DNA of 56,132 nt. Origin: an uncultured Oscillospiraceae bacterium. Lineage in GTDB: Bacteria > Bacillota > Clostridia > UMGS1883. Below the pieces are notes generated by a model. That model ran no database searches. It was not told where the DNA came from and saw only the letters and a program-made list of their open reading frames with translations. The stretch lies in assembly GCA_964537995.1 (NCBI GenBank), contig CAZICW010000004.1, forward strand, positions 1-56,132. Direction: 5' to 3'. This document shows positions 35,447 through 45,533 of the stretch, piece by piece. Both the position numbers and the translations under genes were made by a program. Each line of letters begins with the position of its first letter. Within the stretch, counting starts at the first letter, position 1.

Positions 35447-37318
35447 TCATTTCGTTTCTCCGACGCCGGCAAGATAAATAAGAAGCACGCCTATGTCCGC
35501 CGGACTGACTCCGCTTATGCGGCTTGCGCGACCGACGTTTTCCGGCCGCATTTTTTTCAGCTTCTGCCGCGCCTCCGTCCGAAGTCCGTAGACGTTGTCA
35601 TAATTTATATCGTCAGGGATAAGCCGTTTCTCATTTTTACGGAACTTTTCAACCTGTTCAAACTGGCGTTTTATATATCCCTCGTACTTTATTGCCGTTT
35701 CAACCTGTTCCCGCTCCGCTTTGTCCAGCTCGGGACGGGCGCAATCGAAGGGCGCGAGCTCGTCGTAGGAAATTTCCGGACGGCGGATAAGCTCGGTAAT
35801 TTTTACACCGTCGGAAACCGTACTGCTGCTCTTTTCCCGAAGCAAAGCGTTAAGCTCGGCGGAAGGCGGAAGGTTCACTCCCCTCAGCCGTTCGATTTCC
35901 TCTTCTATACGCGCGCGCTTTTTAAGAAATTCCGCATATCGCTCCTCGCTTATAAGCCCTATTTCATGACCCGTCGGCGTAAGACGGAGATCGGCATTGT
36001 CCTGTCGCAGCAGCAAACGGTATTCCGCGCGGCTTGTAAGCATCCTGTACGGCTCGTTCGTTCCCTTGGTTACCAAATCGTCAATCAAAACCCCGATATA
36101 CGCTTCGCTGCGATCAAAAACAATCGGCGGTTTGTTTTGAAGCTTCCGCGCCGCGTTTATTCCCGCCATCAGTCCCTGCGCGGCGGCCTCCTCGTAGCCG
36201 CTTGTACCGTTAAACTGTCCCGCGCCGAAAAGCCCGTCTATATCCTTAAACTCCAACGACGGCTTAAGCTGGAGAGGGTTGCAGCAATCATACTCAATCG
36301 CGTAAGCGCAGCGCATAATTTCGACGTTTTCCAAGCCCTTCATGCTTTTGAGCATACGAAGCTGAACGTCCTCGGGAAGAGAGCTGCTCATTCCCTGAAC
36401 GTACATTTCGCTTGTATCCATGCCCATCGGTTCTATAAAAACCTGATGACGTTCCTTATCTGCGAAGCGCACAACCTTGTCCTCAATAGAGGGGCAATAA
36501 CGCGGCCCCACTCCGTTTATCAGACCGTTAAAAAGCGGGCTTCGGCTGAGATTTTCCCTTATTATGCTATGCGTTTCGGCATTGGTGTAGGTGAGGTAGC
36601 ACTTTACTTTATTTTGTTGTTTTTCTTTTGTTTCAAACGAAAAAGGAGTTATATCTTCGTCGCCCTCCTGAACCTCCATTTTGGAATAGTCCAGACTGCG
36701 GCTGTGGACACGGGCGGGAGTGCCTGTTTTGAAGCGCATAAGCTCGATTCCCATTTTTTGGAGACTTTCACTCAGTCCCAGCGAAGGAAACAGTCCGTCC
36801 GGCCCTCCGCTGTAAGAGGTTTCGCCGACAATTATTCTTCCATCGAGGTATGTTCCGGTTGCGATAATTACACATTTTGCGGTAAATTCAACACCGGTAT
36901 GTATGGTAAGGCGAAAAATTTCACTGTCTTTTTTGATGTCTTTGACCTCCGCCTGACGCACATAGAGATTTTTTTGATTTTCTATACGCTTCTTCATATC
37001 AATCTGATACATACGCCTGTCCTCCTGCGCGCGCAGGGAGTGGACGGCAGGGCCTTTACGCATATTAAGCATACGCGACTGAAGCATATTTTTATCGGCG
37101 CACTTACCCATTTCGCCGCCGAGCGCGTCGATTTCGCGCACAAGATGCCCTTTAGCGGTGCCGCCGATATTCGGATTGCACGGCATATTGGCGACCGAAT
37201 CGAGATTAATTGTGAAAATTACGGTTTTAAAGCCCATCCGCGCGGCGGCAAGACCGGCCTCGCAGCCCGCGTGACCCGCTCCCACAACCGCAACGTCGAA
37301 AGCCATTCGGAAAGCCAT
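35447..37318 (-). CDS. mnmG: tRNA uridine 5-carboxymethylaminomethyl modification enzyme MnmG
   Basis: FAD motif [13 protein letters not shown] plus conserved GidA core and C-terminal domain. A 12-bp tandem duplication gives two in-frame ATGs (37318 and 37306). Confidence 0.96.
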   Translation of the reverse strand: MAFRMAFDVAVVGAGHAGCEAGLAAARMGFKTVIFTINLDSVANMPCNPNIGGTAKGHLVREIDALGGEMGKCADKNMLQSRMLNMRKGPAVHSLRAQEDRRMYQIDMKKRIENQKNLYVRQAEVKDIKKDSEIFRLTIHTGVEFTAKCVIIATGTYLDGRIIVGETSYSGGPDGLFPSLGLSESLQKMGIELMRFKTGTPARVHSRSLDYSKMEVQEGDEDITPFSFETKEKQQNKVKCYLTYTNAETHSIIRENLSRSPLFNGLINGVGPRYCPSIEDKVVRFADKERHQVFIEPMGMDTSEMYVQGMSSSLPEDVQLRMLKSMKGLENVEIMRCAYAIEYDCCNPLQLKPSLEFKDIDGLFGAGQFNGTSGYEEAAAQGLMAGINAARKLQNKPPIVFDRSEAYIGVLIDDLVTKGTNEPYRMLTSRAEYRLLLRQDNADLRLTPTGHEIGLISEERYAEFLKKRARIEEEIERLRGVNLPPSAELNALLREKSSSTVSDGVKITELIRRPEISYDELAPFDCARPELDKAEREQVETAIKYEGYIKRQFEQVEKFRKNEKRLIPDDINYDNVYGLRTEARQKLKKMRPENVGRASRISGVSPADIGVLLIYLAGVGETK

Positions 37319-37388
37319 TCGCCTTCGCCTCCTTCATATACAATAAAACATATAATATACGCCGAAGCCCAAACGGAAACTGCCCGCG

Positions 37389-38714
37389 CTATTTGCCGAG
37401 ACAAAATTCTTCGAATATTTTGTCCACCGTTTCCTGATTTACGCTTATGCCCTCCGCTTCGCCAAGGGAGGCAACCGCTTCGGCGATGTCTATCGCGGCA
37501 AGGTCGCCGTAATAACCGTCGGCAAGCGATTTAATCGCGCGGGAAACCGCCTCCGACGCCCTTGTGACGGCTTCAAGCTGACGGCGGTTGGCTATTACGG
37601 CTCCGCCGCTGTCCTTTATGCTCAGCCTTTCCGCAATTTCGGCGCGGAGCCTGTTTATTCCCTCTCCGGTTTTTGCGCTTATATGAATAAAATCGCTTCT
37701 GTCGTCGGAGTTTACATCGCATTTGTTCGCCGTTTTTATCACCGGACAGGCAATAACATTCAAAATTTCGTTTTCTTCTTTATAAAGCCCTCGTCCCGCT
37801 TCGGTTACAAAAATGCATATGTCGGCTTTTTTTATATAATTCCGGCTCATGCGAACTCCCATTTGCTCAACCTCATCGTCGCTTTCCCGTATTCCGGCGG
37901 TGTCGCCGAGCTTTACGGGCACACCTTCAACGTCAATCCACGCTTCAACCGTATCGCGGGTTGTTCCGGCGGTTTGACTTACTATGGCGCGCTCGCTTTC
38001 GCAAAGAGCGTTAAGCAGAGAGCTTTTTCCCGTATTGGGAAGCCCGCATATTACGCATGATATTCCGTTTCTCAGGGCTTCGCCGCGCCTCGCCGTCGCT
38101 TTCAGCTTATCGAGCGCCGTAAGCGCTTCGCCGAGAATTTCGGTTATTTCTCCTCCGCTGAAGTAGTCAATATCCTCCTCCGGAAAATCGGCGGACGCCT
38201 GAATCGCGGCAAGCAGCCGCAGCAGCTTCTCCCTGATTTCGCATATCGGCGCGGTTATGCCGCCCTCAAGCCGATTTACCGCAGCCCAAAGCGCGCCGTC
38301 GGTGCCGGCGTCGATTATATCCTTTACCGCTTCAGCCTGTGTCAGGCTCATTTTTCCGTTCATAAACGCGCGTTTCGTAAATTCGCCCGGTTGAGCCATC
38401 GAGCAGCCGTTTTCCATAAGCGCGTCAATGATTTTATTTACGCCGACAATTCCGCCGTGGCAGCTTATTTCGCACACGTTTTCGCCCGTAAACGATTTCG
38501 GCGCGCGAAAAACAGTAACCAAGCCCTCGTCAATCACACCGTTTTTATCAAAAACTTTTCCGAAGGTGACCGTATGGGACGGAGCGTCGCTTATCGGCCG
38601 CGCGGAGCGGAATATTTTTTCCGTGTTAAGTATGGCGTCTTCGCCGCTGACGCGAATAACGGCAATTCCTCCGCGACCGTAAGGGGTGGAAAGAGCGCAT
38701 ATTGTGGAAGACAT
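37389..38714 (-). CDS. mnmE: tRNA modification GTPase MnmE
   Basis: G-domain motifs GLPNTGKSSLLN and DTAGIR, with the C-terminal FCLGK. Confidence 0.96.
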   Translation of the reverse strand: MSSTICALSTPYGRGGIAVIRVSGEDAILNTEKIFRSARPISDAPSHTVTFGKVFDKNGVIDEGLVTVFRAPKSFTGENVCEISCHGGIVGVNKIIDALMENGCSMAQPGEFTKRAFMNGKMSLTQAEAVKDIIDAGTDGALWAAVNRLEGGITAPICEIREKLLRLLAAIQASADFPEEDIDYFSGGEITEILGEALTALDKLKATARRGEALRNGISCVICGLPNTGKSSLLNALCESERAIVSQTAGTTRDTVEAWIDVEGVPVKLGDTAGIRESDDEVEQMGVRMSRNYIKKADICIFVTEAGRGLYKEENEILNVIACPVIKTANKCDVNSDDRSDFIHISAKTGEGINRLRAEIAERLSIKDSGGAVIANRRQLEAVTRASEAVSRAIKSLADGYYGDLAAIDIAEAVASLGEAEGISVNQETVDKIFEEFCLGK

Positions 38715-38758
38715 TCTGATTCACCGCCAATAAAAATATATAAAAAATTATATGGAAT

Positions 38759-38787
38759 AAAATCCAAGGAAGTTATCCTTGGATTTT
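38759..38787 (-). terminator. hairpin/partial terminator between jag and mnmE
   Basis: AAAATCCAAGG-N7-CCTTGGATTTT, an 11-bp stem flanked by A/T runs on both sides. Confidence 0.55.
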
Positions 38788-38790
38788 ATT

Positions 38791-39537
38791 TTACTCTTCG
38801 GCCGGCTCCTCATTGGAAGAGGAAAAAGCGTATGTGTCGGAGTCGCTTCCCGTTACACATTCGTTTTCGCGGCGGTTGTAACGGTATTTCGAGCGGTAAT
38901 CGCTGCCGTATTCTCTTTTTTTGGGAGCTATGACAATTCTTCTGTTCGGCTCGTCGCCGGTGGAATAGGTATAGATATTTCTAAATTCCTGAAGAGTCGA
39001 ATGAATTATTCTGCGTTCGTTGGGATTCATCGGCTCAAGAGTTATGCTTTTGTGAGTTTTCGCGACATAGGACGCCTTGCTCTTCGCGAGACGAATCAGC
39101 GTTTCCTCTCTTTTTTCTCTATATCCCTCAATGTCAAGGGAAACGCGGATATAATTTTCTTCGCCGCGGTTCACGACAAGACTTGTAAGATACTGAAGCG
39201 CGTCAAGATTGTCGCCCCTTCTTCCGATTATCGTTCCCGCGTCATTTTCATCGCTGCTCACGGAAATGCTGACACGCTCGTCCTCATATGAGGAGGAAAG
39301 GGAGGCGTTTATTTTCATTTCCGAAAGAACCGCGTTAAGATAATCCTCCGCTTTGGAAACCGGTGTTTCCTCCATTGTAACCCTGACGGAGGCTTCTATG
39401 CTTCCTATTCCGAGGAAGCCCTTTTTTCCTTCGTTTATAACCTCGATTTCAACCCTGTCGCGCGGTACGTTAAGCTCTTTTAAAGCAAGCTCGACCGCCT
39501 CATCTATTGTTTTTGCACTTTTTTCAACAACCTTCAT
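38791..39537 (-). CDS. jag: RNA-binding protein Jag/KhpB (KH + R3H domains)
   Basis: Jag_N (MKVVEKSAKTIDEAVELALKEL), a KH-like middle and an R3H motif (PMNPNERRIIHSTL), located downstream of yidC. Confidence 0.9.
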   Translation of the reverse strand: MKVVEKSAKTIDEAVELALKELNVPRDRVEIEVINEGKKGFLGIGSIEASVRVTMEETPVSKAEDYLNAVLSEMKINASLSSSYEDERVSISVSSDENDAGTIIGRRGDNLDALQYLTSLVVNRGEENYIRVSLDIEGYREKREETLIRLAKSKASYVAKTHKSITLEPMNPNERRIIHSTLQEFRNIYTYSTGDEPNRRIVIAPKKREYGSDYRSKYRYNRRENECVTGSDSDTYAFSSSNEEPAEE

Positions 39538-39603
39538 TTTTCAAGCGCTCAATCCTTTGGATTGGCGAACCCTTCCTTTCATTTCATTTGATTCTCATTT
39601 GAT

Positions 39604-40470
39604 TCACTTTGCCGACGATTTGCCTTTTCCGAGCCTTTTGCTGTCGCTGGGCGTAAGAGAAATTTTATGCCTTTGCACAATTTTATTGACAGCAATTTGC
39701 TGAATTACGTTTACTATTGTGCTTGTAAGCCAATAAAGCGACATTCCTATGGGCATAATAAAAGTAAAATAAGCTGTCATGATCGGCATAATGAACAGCA
39801 TTGAATTGTTCATCGACGCGGCCTGCTCATTCCCCGCGGAAGCCGAAACCGTGAGCTTCTTTGTTATAAGAGAGGAGCCCACCGTCGCAAGAACCGCCAA
39901 AGCCGGAATTATCCACACTTTTATTATTCCCATATTCTGGCGAAGCATCATTGTTAGATCAATTCCGAGGAAATTGAAGTTTATCGGAGTTTTTCCGAAG
40001 GAAATTATGGCTTCGTTCGCTCCCGCCATGCCGCAGAGCTGAACCTCGTAGCTGCCGACCGTTCCTCCGGCGGCCTCAACCGCCGCCTTAACCGCGGTTA
40101 TCTGGTCGGTCGAAAGCTTCAGCAAATATTTCAGAGGATTGTAAATTACCCCGATAAAGCCGAAGATGATGAACATTCTTACCAAAAGCGGCAGACAGCC
40201 CGCCATCGGATTTACTCCGTATTTCGTGTACAGCTTTTGCTGTTCGGCGGCAAGCTTTTCTTTATCGTTTTTATACTTGTTTTGCAGCTCCGCCATAAGA
40301 GGCTGGAGCTGCTGAGTTTTCGCGTTGCTTTTCTGACTTATGACGGTCAAAGGAATCGTAAGAAGATTTATCAGGATTGTTACGATAACAAGAGTCCAGC
40401 CGTAATTCTGGGTGTATTCGTAAATCGGTCTGATAAGCAGGGACAGCGGCTCGGACAGAATGTAGAACAT
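39604..40470 (-). CDS. yidC: membrane protein insertase YidC/SpoIIIJ family
   Basis: It has the 60-kDa IMP core (YGVNPMAGCLPLLVRMFIIFG, MPIGMSLYWLTSTIV) and a basic C-terminal tail. Confidence 0.93.
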   Translation of the reverse strand: MFYILSEPLSLLIRPIYEYTQNYGWTLVIVTILINLLTIPLTVISQKSNAKTQQLQPLMAELQNKYKNDKEKLAAEQQKLYTKYGVNPMAGCLPLLVRMFIIFGFIGVIYNPLKYLLKLSTDQITAVKAAVEAAGGTVGSYEVQLCGMAGANEAIISFGKTPINFNFLGIDLTMMLRQNMGIIKVWIIPALAVLATVGSSLITKKLTVSASAGNEQAASMNNSMLFIMPIMTAYFTFIMPIGMSLYWLTSTIVNVIQQIAVNKIVQRHKISLTPSDSKRLGKGKSSAK

Positions 40471-40491
40471 ATAACTTCCTCCTTAAGTTCG

Positions 40492-40704
40492 TTACGGAAG
40501 CGGGTCATATCCGCCCTTGCAGAAGGGATTGCACCTTAAAATTCTGCGGACAGACAAATACAGCCCTTTAAAGGCTCCGTATTTTCGGAACGCCTCAAGA
40601 GCATATTCGGAACAAGTGGGAGTAAACCGACAGCACGGCCTTTTGAGCGGGGAAATATATTTCCGATACAGCTTTATAACAAAAATAAAAAATTTTGAAA
40701 TCAT
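40492..40704 (-). CDS. yidD: membrane protein insertion efficiency factor YidD
   Basis: 70 aa with [27 protein letters not shown]. 4-nt overlap with rnpA. Confidence 0.93.
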   Translation of the reverse strand: MISKFFIFVIKLYRKYISPLKRPCCRFTPTCSEYALEAFRKYGAFKGLYLSVRRILRCNPFCKGGYDPLP

Positions 40705-41048
40705 TCTTTTTTCATCGCCAAAATTCCGCTCTTTTCAAGCGCCTTTTCCAAGGCCCTGTTCACAGCGTGAAAATCCGCCGAAGCCGCCTTTACGCGCGCG
40801 ACAACGACAATATCCATGCTTTTACGGATACGATCCTCCATCAGGCGGTAGCTTTCCTTTATAAGGCGGCGCACACGATTGCGGACGACCGCCTTGCCCA
40901 CTTTTCCCGAAACCGTGAGCCCCAAACGACAATAGGGATAAGGATTCTGGCGGAAATAAACCACCAAAATGTCATTTGCCACACTTTTCCCACGGTAATA
41001 AAGCTTTTTGAAATCCTTGTTTTCCTTAATTGAGACTGTTTTTTTCAT
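40701..41048 (-). CDS. rnpA: ribonuclease P protein component
   Basis: 115 aa with [14 protein letters not shown] (RNR motif), downstream of rpmH. Confidence 0.93.
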   Translation of the reverse strand: MKKTVSIKENKDFKKLYYRGKSVANDILVVYFRQNPYPYCRLGLTVSGKVGKAVVRNRVRRLIKESYRLMEDRIRKSMDIVVVARVKAASADFHAVNRALEKALEKSGILAMKKE

Positions 41049-41086
41049 GATAAAAGAGCATAGCTCTTCCCGCTTAACGCTGTTGT

Positions 41087-41221
41087 CTAAGCGGAAAGAA
41101 CCTTTCTGCCTCTCTGACGGCGGCGACGGAGAACCTTTCTTCCGTCAGACGTACTCATTCTCTTCCTGAAGCCGTGATCCTTTTTTCTCTTTCTCACGTT
41201 CGGCTGATAAGTTCTGAGCAT
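41087..41221 (-). CDS. rpmH: 50S ribosomal protein L34
   Basis: Not in the ORF track because it is under 60 aa. My translation is [44 protein letters not shown] (44 aa). GGAGGTG RBS lies 8 nt upstream. Confidence 0.95.
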   Translation of the reverse strand: MLRTYQPNVRKRKKDHGFRKRMSTSDGRKVLRRRRQRGRKVLSA

Positions 41222-41263
41222 TGCTGAAACACCTCCTTGTTGTTTTTAACGATACCACATTAG

Positions 41264-41291
41264 TATATAATAATCCGCGGCGGTTTGTCAA
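41264..41291 (-). promoter_or_regulatory. rpmH operon promoter (TTGACA-16-TATATA)
   Basis: On the minus strand, TTGACA (41286-41291 reverse complement) and TATATA (41264-41269). Confidence 0.55.
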
Positions 41292-41352
41292 TATTTTTTT
41301 TGCAAAATTTTTTGTTTATTCTCAAATATTTTAAAAATGAAGAAAAAACATC

Positions 41353-41381
41353 TTGAAATTTTCCTTCGATTTTGGTATAAT
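41353..41381 (+). promoter_or_regulatory. dnaA promoter (TTGAAA-17-TATAAT)
   Basis: TTGAAA at 41353-41358, a 17-nt spacer, then TATAAT at 41376-41381. Confidence 0.6.
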
Positions 41382-41422
41382 GGATTGTGGGACTTTGCCG
41401 TTAAATAAAAAATTCGCCGGAG

Positions 41423-41546
41423 TTTTCAACAGCTTTTTTGACCGAAAACGGGTTTTTAACAAGAAAATCCCTTATTTTAAAGCCTTTCACGGCAGTTTTT
41501 AACAGCTTTTTTCAACAGCCTTGTTAATTTTTTAAGTTTTTCCACA
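41423..41546 (+). other. oriC: oriC part I: cluster of five direct DnaA-box-like repeats in the dnaA leader
   Basis: TTTTCAACA (41423), TTTTTAACA (41453), TTTTTAACA (41496), TTTTCAACA (41509) and TTTTCCACA (41538). The last is 1 mismatch from TTATCCACA. Most copies are followed by GC. Confidence 0.65.
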
Positions 41547-41567
41547 ATCGCTGCGAGGAGAATATTT

Positions 41568-42890
41568 ATGGATACCAAAGAACTAAACTCAACATGGGAG
41601 GCTTGCCTTAACATCATCAGGGACGAATGTACGCCGCTTGCTTTCAATACATGGATAAAAACGCTTTCGCCGATAAAGCTCGACAACGGCGTTCTCGTTG
41701 TCGCGACCGACAACGAAGTGAGCAAAAGCTTCATTTTAAAGCGCTACGAAAGCCTTATAAGAGAATCGTTCAATGTAATAACCGGAACTTATCCGGAGCT
41801 TGAGATAAGAATAAAATCCCGCATTGAAGATGAAAAGGAGCTTAAACAGGAGCATCAGAGCAAGTACGACAAATATACCTTCGACAATTTTGTCGTAGGC
41901 GGCAGCAACAGAATGGCGCACGCGGTCTGCGCCGCGGTCGCCGAAGCGCCGGTTTCCGTTCCGATGTACAATCCCCTCTTTATTTACGGGGGAGTGGGAC
42001 TTGGCAAAACCCATTTGATTCACGCGATAAAAAATTACATAAACGAAAATAATCCGGAAGTAAAAATCGCGCTTGTAACCTCGGAAAACTTTACGAACGA
42101 GCTTGTGGAGGCGATAAGAGAGAACAAGCCTTCCGAATTTCGAGAAAAATACCGCAAAATGGATATTTTGCTGATAGACGATATACAGTTTATCGCGGGA
42201 AAAAAGAGTATCGAAGAGGAATTTTTCAACACATTCAATGTGCTTCATGAGGCAAACAAGCAAATTGTCATCACAAGCGACCGTCCGCCCGAAGAAATAA
42301 AAACCCTTGAGGAAAGGCTTATTTCCCGATTCAAATGGGGACTGCAGTGCGACATACAGCCGCCGGATTTCGACACCAAGCTGGCAATTCTGAAAAACAA
42401 GGCTAAGGAAATCGACCTGAATTTGAGCGACAATATTTTTTACAGCATATGCGAGAAGGTAAATTCCAATATACGCGAGCTGGAGGGCGCGCTCAACAGA
42501 ATTGCCGCCTACAGCAAGCTTATAAACAAGGAAATCACGCCCGAGCTTGCCGAAGAGGCTCTTAAGGAATACGGTCAGAAGGATAAATCGGAGATTACGC
42601 CGGAATTTATAATCGGACATTGCGCGAAGGCGTTCGGAGTTTCCGAGGAGGATTTGTATTCTGATAACCGTAAAAAAGAAATATCGAACGCGAGAAAAAA
42701 TACAATATTCATCATAAGAGAAATTTTGGGACTTTCCTTTCCGAAGATAGGCGCGCTGTTCGGAAAGGATCATTCCACAGCCATGTACGCCGTAAAAAGC
42801 GTCGAAGCGCAAATTTCCAAAGATTTGGTATTTAAAATGAATATTAACGATATAATAAAAGATATAGAAAACGACAACACGGGAGTTTGA
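41568..42890 (+). CDS. dnaA: chromosomal replication initiator protein DnaA
   Basis: Walker A GGVGLGKTHL, sensor and box VII motifs, and domain IV (ISNARKNTIFIIREILGLSFPKIGALFGKDHSTAMYAVKSV). Confidence 0.98.
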   Translation: MDTKELNSTWEACLNIIRDECTPLAFNTWIKTLSPIKLDNGVLVVATDNEVSKSFILKRYESLIRESFNVITGTYPELEIRIKSRIEDEKELKQEHQSKYDKYTFDNFVVGGSNRMAHAVCAAVAEAPVSVPMYNPLFIYGGVGLGKTHLIHAIKNYINENNPEVKIALVTSENFTNELVEAIRENKPSEFREKYRKMDILLIDDIQFIAGKKSIEEEFFNTFNVLHEANKQIVITSDRPPEEIKTLEERLISRFKWGLQCDIQPPDFDTKLAILKNKAKEIDLNLSDNIFYSICEKVNSNIRELEGALNRIAAYSKLINKEITPELAEEALKEYGQKDKSEITPEFIIGHCAKAFGVSEEDLYSDNRKKEISNARKNTIFIIREILGLSFPKIGALFGKDHSTAMYAVKSVEAQISKDLVFKMNINDIIKDIENDNTGV

Positions 42891-42900
42891 ACATTTTTTC

Positions 42901-43085
42901 TGTTAAATTAATAGCCTGTTGAAAAACGAACATAACAATAAGCGGACAGGTTTTCGATAGGCTGTTGAATCGCGCGGGGCTTGCGTAATAAAGAAAAATC
43001 GGACAGCGTAGGGGAAACTTAACAGTATTCACAGCCCCTAATACTACTAAAATAAATTATAATATTTATTGTTATTAAATAAACC
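42901..43085 (+). other. oriC: oriC part II: inverted DnaA-box-like repeats plus AT-rich unwinding element
   Basis: TGTTAAATT (42901), TGTTGAAAA (42917) and TGTTGAATC (42963) are reverse complements of the upstream repeat. GTATTCACA is at 43025. A ~48-nt AT-rich tract (43038-43085) lies just before dnaN. Confidence 0.65.
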
Positions 43086-43124
43086 AAACCTTTTCGGAGG
43101 GTAATCGAAAGGACCGAAGAAAAA

Positions 43125-44234
43125 ATGAAATTTTACTGTGACGCCGAGAAGCTTAATTCTGCTCTTGCTCTCGTTGCCAAGGCAGTCGAGACAAACGCCG
43201 TCGTTCCGCAGATGCAGGGAGTGCTGCTTTCGGCCTGCGGCGATGAGCTTACCCTTAAGGGAAACAACATGGAAACCGGAATCGAAACGACGATACCGGC
43301 AAACACCGCGGAGGAGGGCAGCGTGGTTATTAACTGCCGTATGCTCTGCGACATAGCGAGAAGACTCCCCAACGATGTTGTTGAGGTTGCCGTAAACAGC
43401 AAATTCAGCGCTTCCATAAGCTGTGTAAATTCCGACTATACGGTAATCGGTCTTCCCGCGGACGAATATCCCGATATTCCGCAAATTTCGTCGGACTGTC
43501 TTCTTTCCGTAGAGTCGTCCGTGCTGAAGGATATGATAAATAAGACGATTTTCGCCGTAAACACCAATCCCGACGAGGTTAGGAAGCCTCTCAAGGGCTC
43601 TCTGTTTGAAGCCGAGGGAAACGAGCTTACGGTTGTCGCGATGGATTTGGTTCGTATGGCGACGGTAAAAAAGCAAATCGAAAATTCAACCGGCGACACT
43701 CTGAAGTTCATAGTTCCGGGCAAAGCTCTTAACGACCTGAAGTCAATGCTTAAGGACAGCGATGAAATAAAAGTTACAATTGTTGTCGGGGAAAATCAGG
43801 TTATGTTTGACTGCGGCGAATTTAAGCTCACGACAAGGCTGATCGACGGGGAATATTTCGCGTATAAGCAGATAATTCCCAAACAGTTCAAGGCTGTAGT
43901 AACCGCCGAGGGAAGATCGCTTGTAAAGTCAATCGAGAGAGTTGAGCCTATAATTGACGACGTAAGCAAAAATCCGATAAAATTGACGTTCAGCAATGAA
44001 AAAATCAAAATAAAATGCGAAACTCAGCTCGGACGTGTAAACGATATTGTTGACTGCGACTATGAGGACGACGAAATGACGATAGGCTTTAACTACAGAT
44101 ACCTTCATGACGCGCTTGTCCGCTGCGAGGACGAAAACGTGGAGCTGAAAATAAACTCTCCCCTCAGTCCGATAATTTTGGAATGCCCCGAAGATGAGTC
44201 GTATATGTTTATGGTATTGCCGGTAAGACTGTGA
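43125..44234 (+). CDS. dnaN: DNA polymerase III beta sliding clamp
   Basis: 369-aa three-domain clamp with the C-terminal YMFMVLPVRL. Confidence 0.97.
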   Translation: MKFYCDAEKLNSALALVAKAVETNAVVPQMQGVLLSACGDELTLKGNNMETGIETTIPANTAEEGSVVINCRMLCDIARRLPNDVVEVAVNSKFSASISCVNSDYTVIGLPADEYPDIPQISSDCLLSVESSVLKDMINKTIFAVNTNPDEVRKPLKGSLFEAEGNELTVVAMDLVRMATVKKQIENSTGDTLKFIVPGKALNDLKSMLKDSDEIKVTIVVGENQVMFDCGEFKLTTRLIDGEYFAYKQIIPKQFKAVVTAEGRSLVKSIERVEPIIDDVSKNPIKLTFSNEKIKIKCETQLGRVNDIVDCDYEDDEMTIGFNYRYLHDALVRCEDENVELKINSPLSPIILECPEDESYMFMVLPVRL

Positions 44235-44243
44235 GGCGGTAAT

Positions 44244-44456
44244 ATGAATACGGTGGCGGTTTCAACGGAATTTATAAAGCTTGATTCGGCAATGAAGCTT
44301 GCGGGAGCCGTTGTAATGGGCAGTGAAGCGAAGACAGCGGTTCAGAGCGGAAAAGTCAAGGTAAACGGAGAAACGGAAATCAGGCGCGGAAAAAAGCTGT
44401 ATGAGGGCGATACCTTTGCCTATAACGGGCGGGAATATAAAATAGTGCGGGGATAA
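44244..44456 (+). CDS. yaaA: S4 domain RNA-binding protein YaaA
   Basis: 70 aa (FIKLDSAMKLAGAVVMGSEAKTAVQSGKVKVNGE), in the conserved position between dnaN and recF. Confidence 0.85.
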   Translation: MNTVAVSTEFIKLDSAMKLAGAVVMGSEAKTAVQSGKVKVNGETEIRRGKKLYEGDTFAYNGREYKIVRG

Positions 44457-44459
44457 TTG

Positions 44460-45533
44460 ATGAATGTAAAAAGGCTCCTTCTTAAAAATTTTCGAAATTA
44501 TGAAAACGAAGCCCTTGAGTTTGCCGAAGGAACGAATATAATATACGGAAAAAACGGTATGGGAAAAACAAACGCTCTTGAAGCGATTTATTATTTTTCC
44601 CAAGGGAGGGGCTTTCGCGGAAGGAGCGGCGACGCAGTAAGAAACGGCTGCGACAGCGGAGAAATAACCCTGTGTTTCGATTCCGACAACAGAAATTTTG
44701 AAGGATTTATACGTTTTGACGGAAAACAGAAAAAAATTATGCTCAATGACATCGAGCTGAGAAGAACAAGCCAGCTTGTGGGTCATTTTGTCTGCGTGCT
44801 TTTTACTCCCGACGAAATGAATCTTATAAAGGGCGCTCCGGAGGTGCGGCGCAGATTTATGGACAGCTCCATCATACCGATGAAGCCTTCGTATCTTGCG
44901 TCTCTGATGACATACAATTTAATTCTGAAGCAAAAAAGCAGCTTGTTAAGACAGGAAAAATATGATATGCTTCCTGTTTTTAACAGTCAGCTCGCGGAGA
45001 TAGGTTCAAAAATAATTGTCATGCGCCACAGCTACATTGAAAAAATAAAAGGAGCGGCAAAGGAAGCCCAAAAGGATATTTCTCTCGGCAAGGAAAGCTT
45101 GGAGATTGCCTATAACGCAAGCGTTCGTTTTGAAAATAACCGTGCCGACACAAAAAAAGCTTTTTTGGAAAAGCTTGAGGCTATGGAGGAAAGCGAAAAG
45201 GAAAACAAAATTTGCTTTGTCGGCCCGCATCGCGATGATTTATCGTTTAAAATAAACGATAAAAGCGCGCGCGGCTTTGCGAGTCAGGGGCAACAACGCA
45301 GCGCGGTGCTGTGCATGAAGACGGCTCAAATGGAGCTTTTGCGCGAAGAAACGGGAGAATATCCCGTGCTTCTTCTGGACGATATAATGAGCGAGCTTGA
45401 CAAGGAAAGACGCGGCTTCCTCATCGAAAGGATTAAGGGAAAGCAGGTTATCATTACCTGTACCGATATGGAAAATTCGGATATAATTAAATTCGATAAT
45501 AAAATTCGGATTGAAAACGGAAGGGTTGTTTGA
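44460..45533 (+). CDS. recF: DNA replication and repair protein RecF
   Basis: Walker A GKNGMGKTNALEAI, signature GSQGQQRS and Walker B LLLDDIMSELD. ATG at 44460, with an in-frame TTG at 44457. Confidence 0.96.
   Translation: MNVKRLLLKNFRNYENEALEFAEGTNIIYGKNGMGKTNALEAIYYFSQGRGFRGRSGDAVRNGCDSGEITLCFDSDNRNFEGFIRFDGKQKKIMLNDIELRRTSQLVGHFVCVLFTPDEMNLIKGAPEVRRRFMDSSIIPMKPSYLASLMTYNLILKQKSSLLRQEKYDMLPVFNSQLAEIGSKIIVMRHSYIEKIKGAAKEAQKDISLGKESLEIAYNASVRFENNRADTKKAFLEKLEAMEESEKENKICFVGPHRDDLSFKINDKSARGFASQGQQRSAVLCMKTAQMELLREETGEYPVLLLDDIMSELDKERRGFLIERIKGKQVIITCTDMENSDIIKFDNKIRIENGRVV

Noticed and set aside
35351-37534. 727-aa ORF opposite mnmG, extending into rsmG and mnmE
   Set aside because: It is a codon-aligned shadow ORF running across three well-supported conserved genes and their spacers. 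It has no independent coding evidence.
41736-42812. 358-aa ORF opposite dnaA, and similar ones opposite gyrB (45763-46746) and gyrA (49368-50294)
   Set aside because: All are in register with the sense genes, with no motifs and no RBS. The sense genes are unambiguous.
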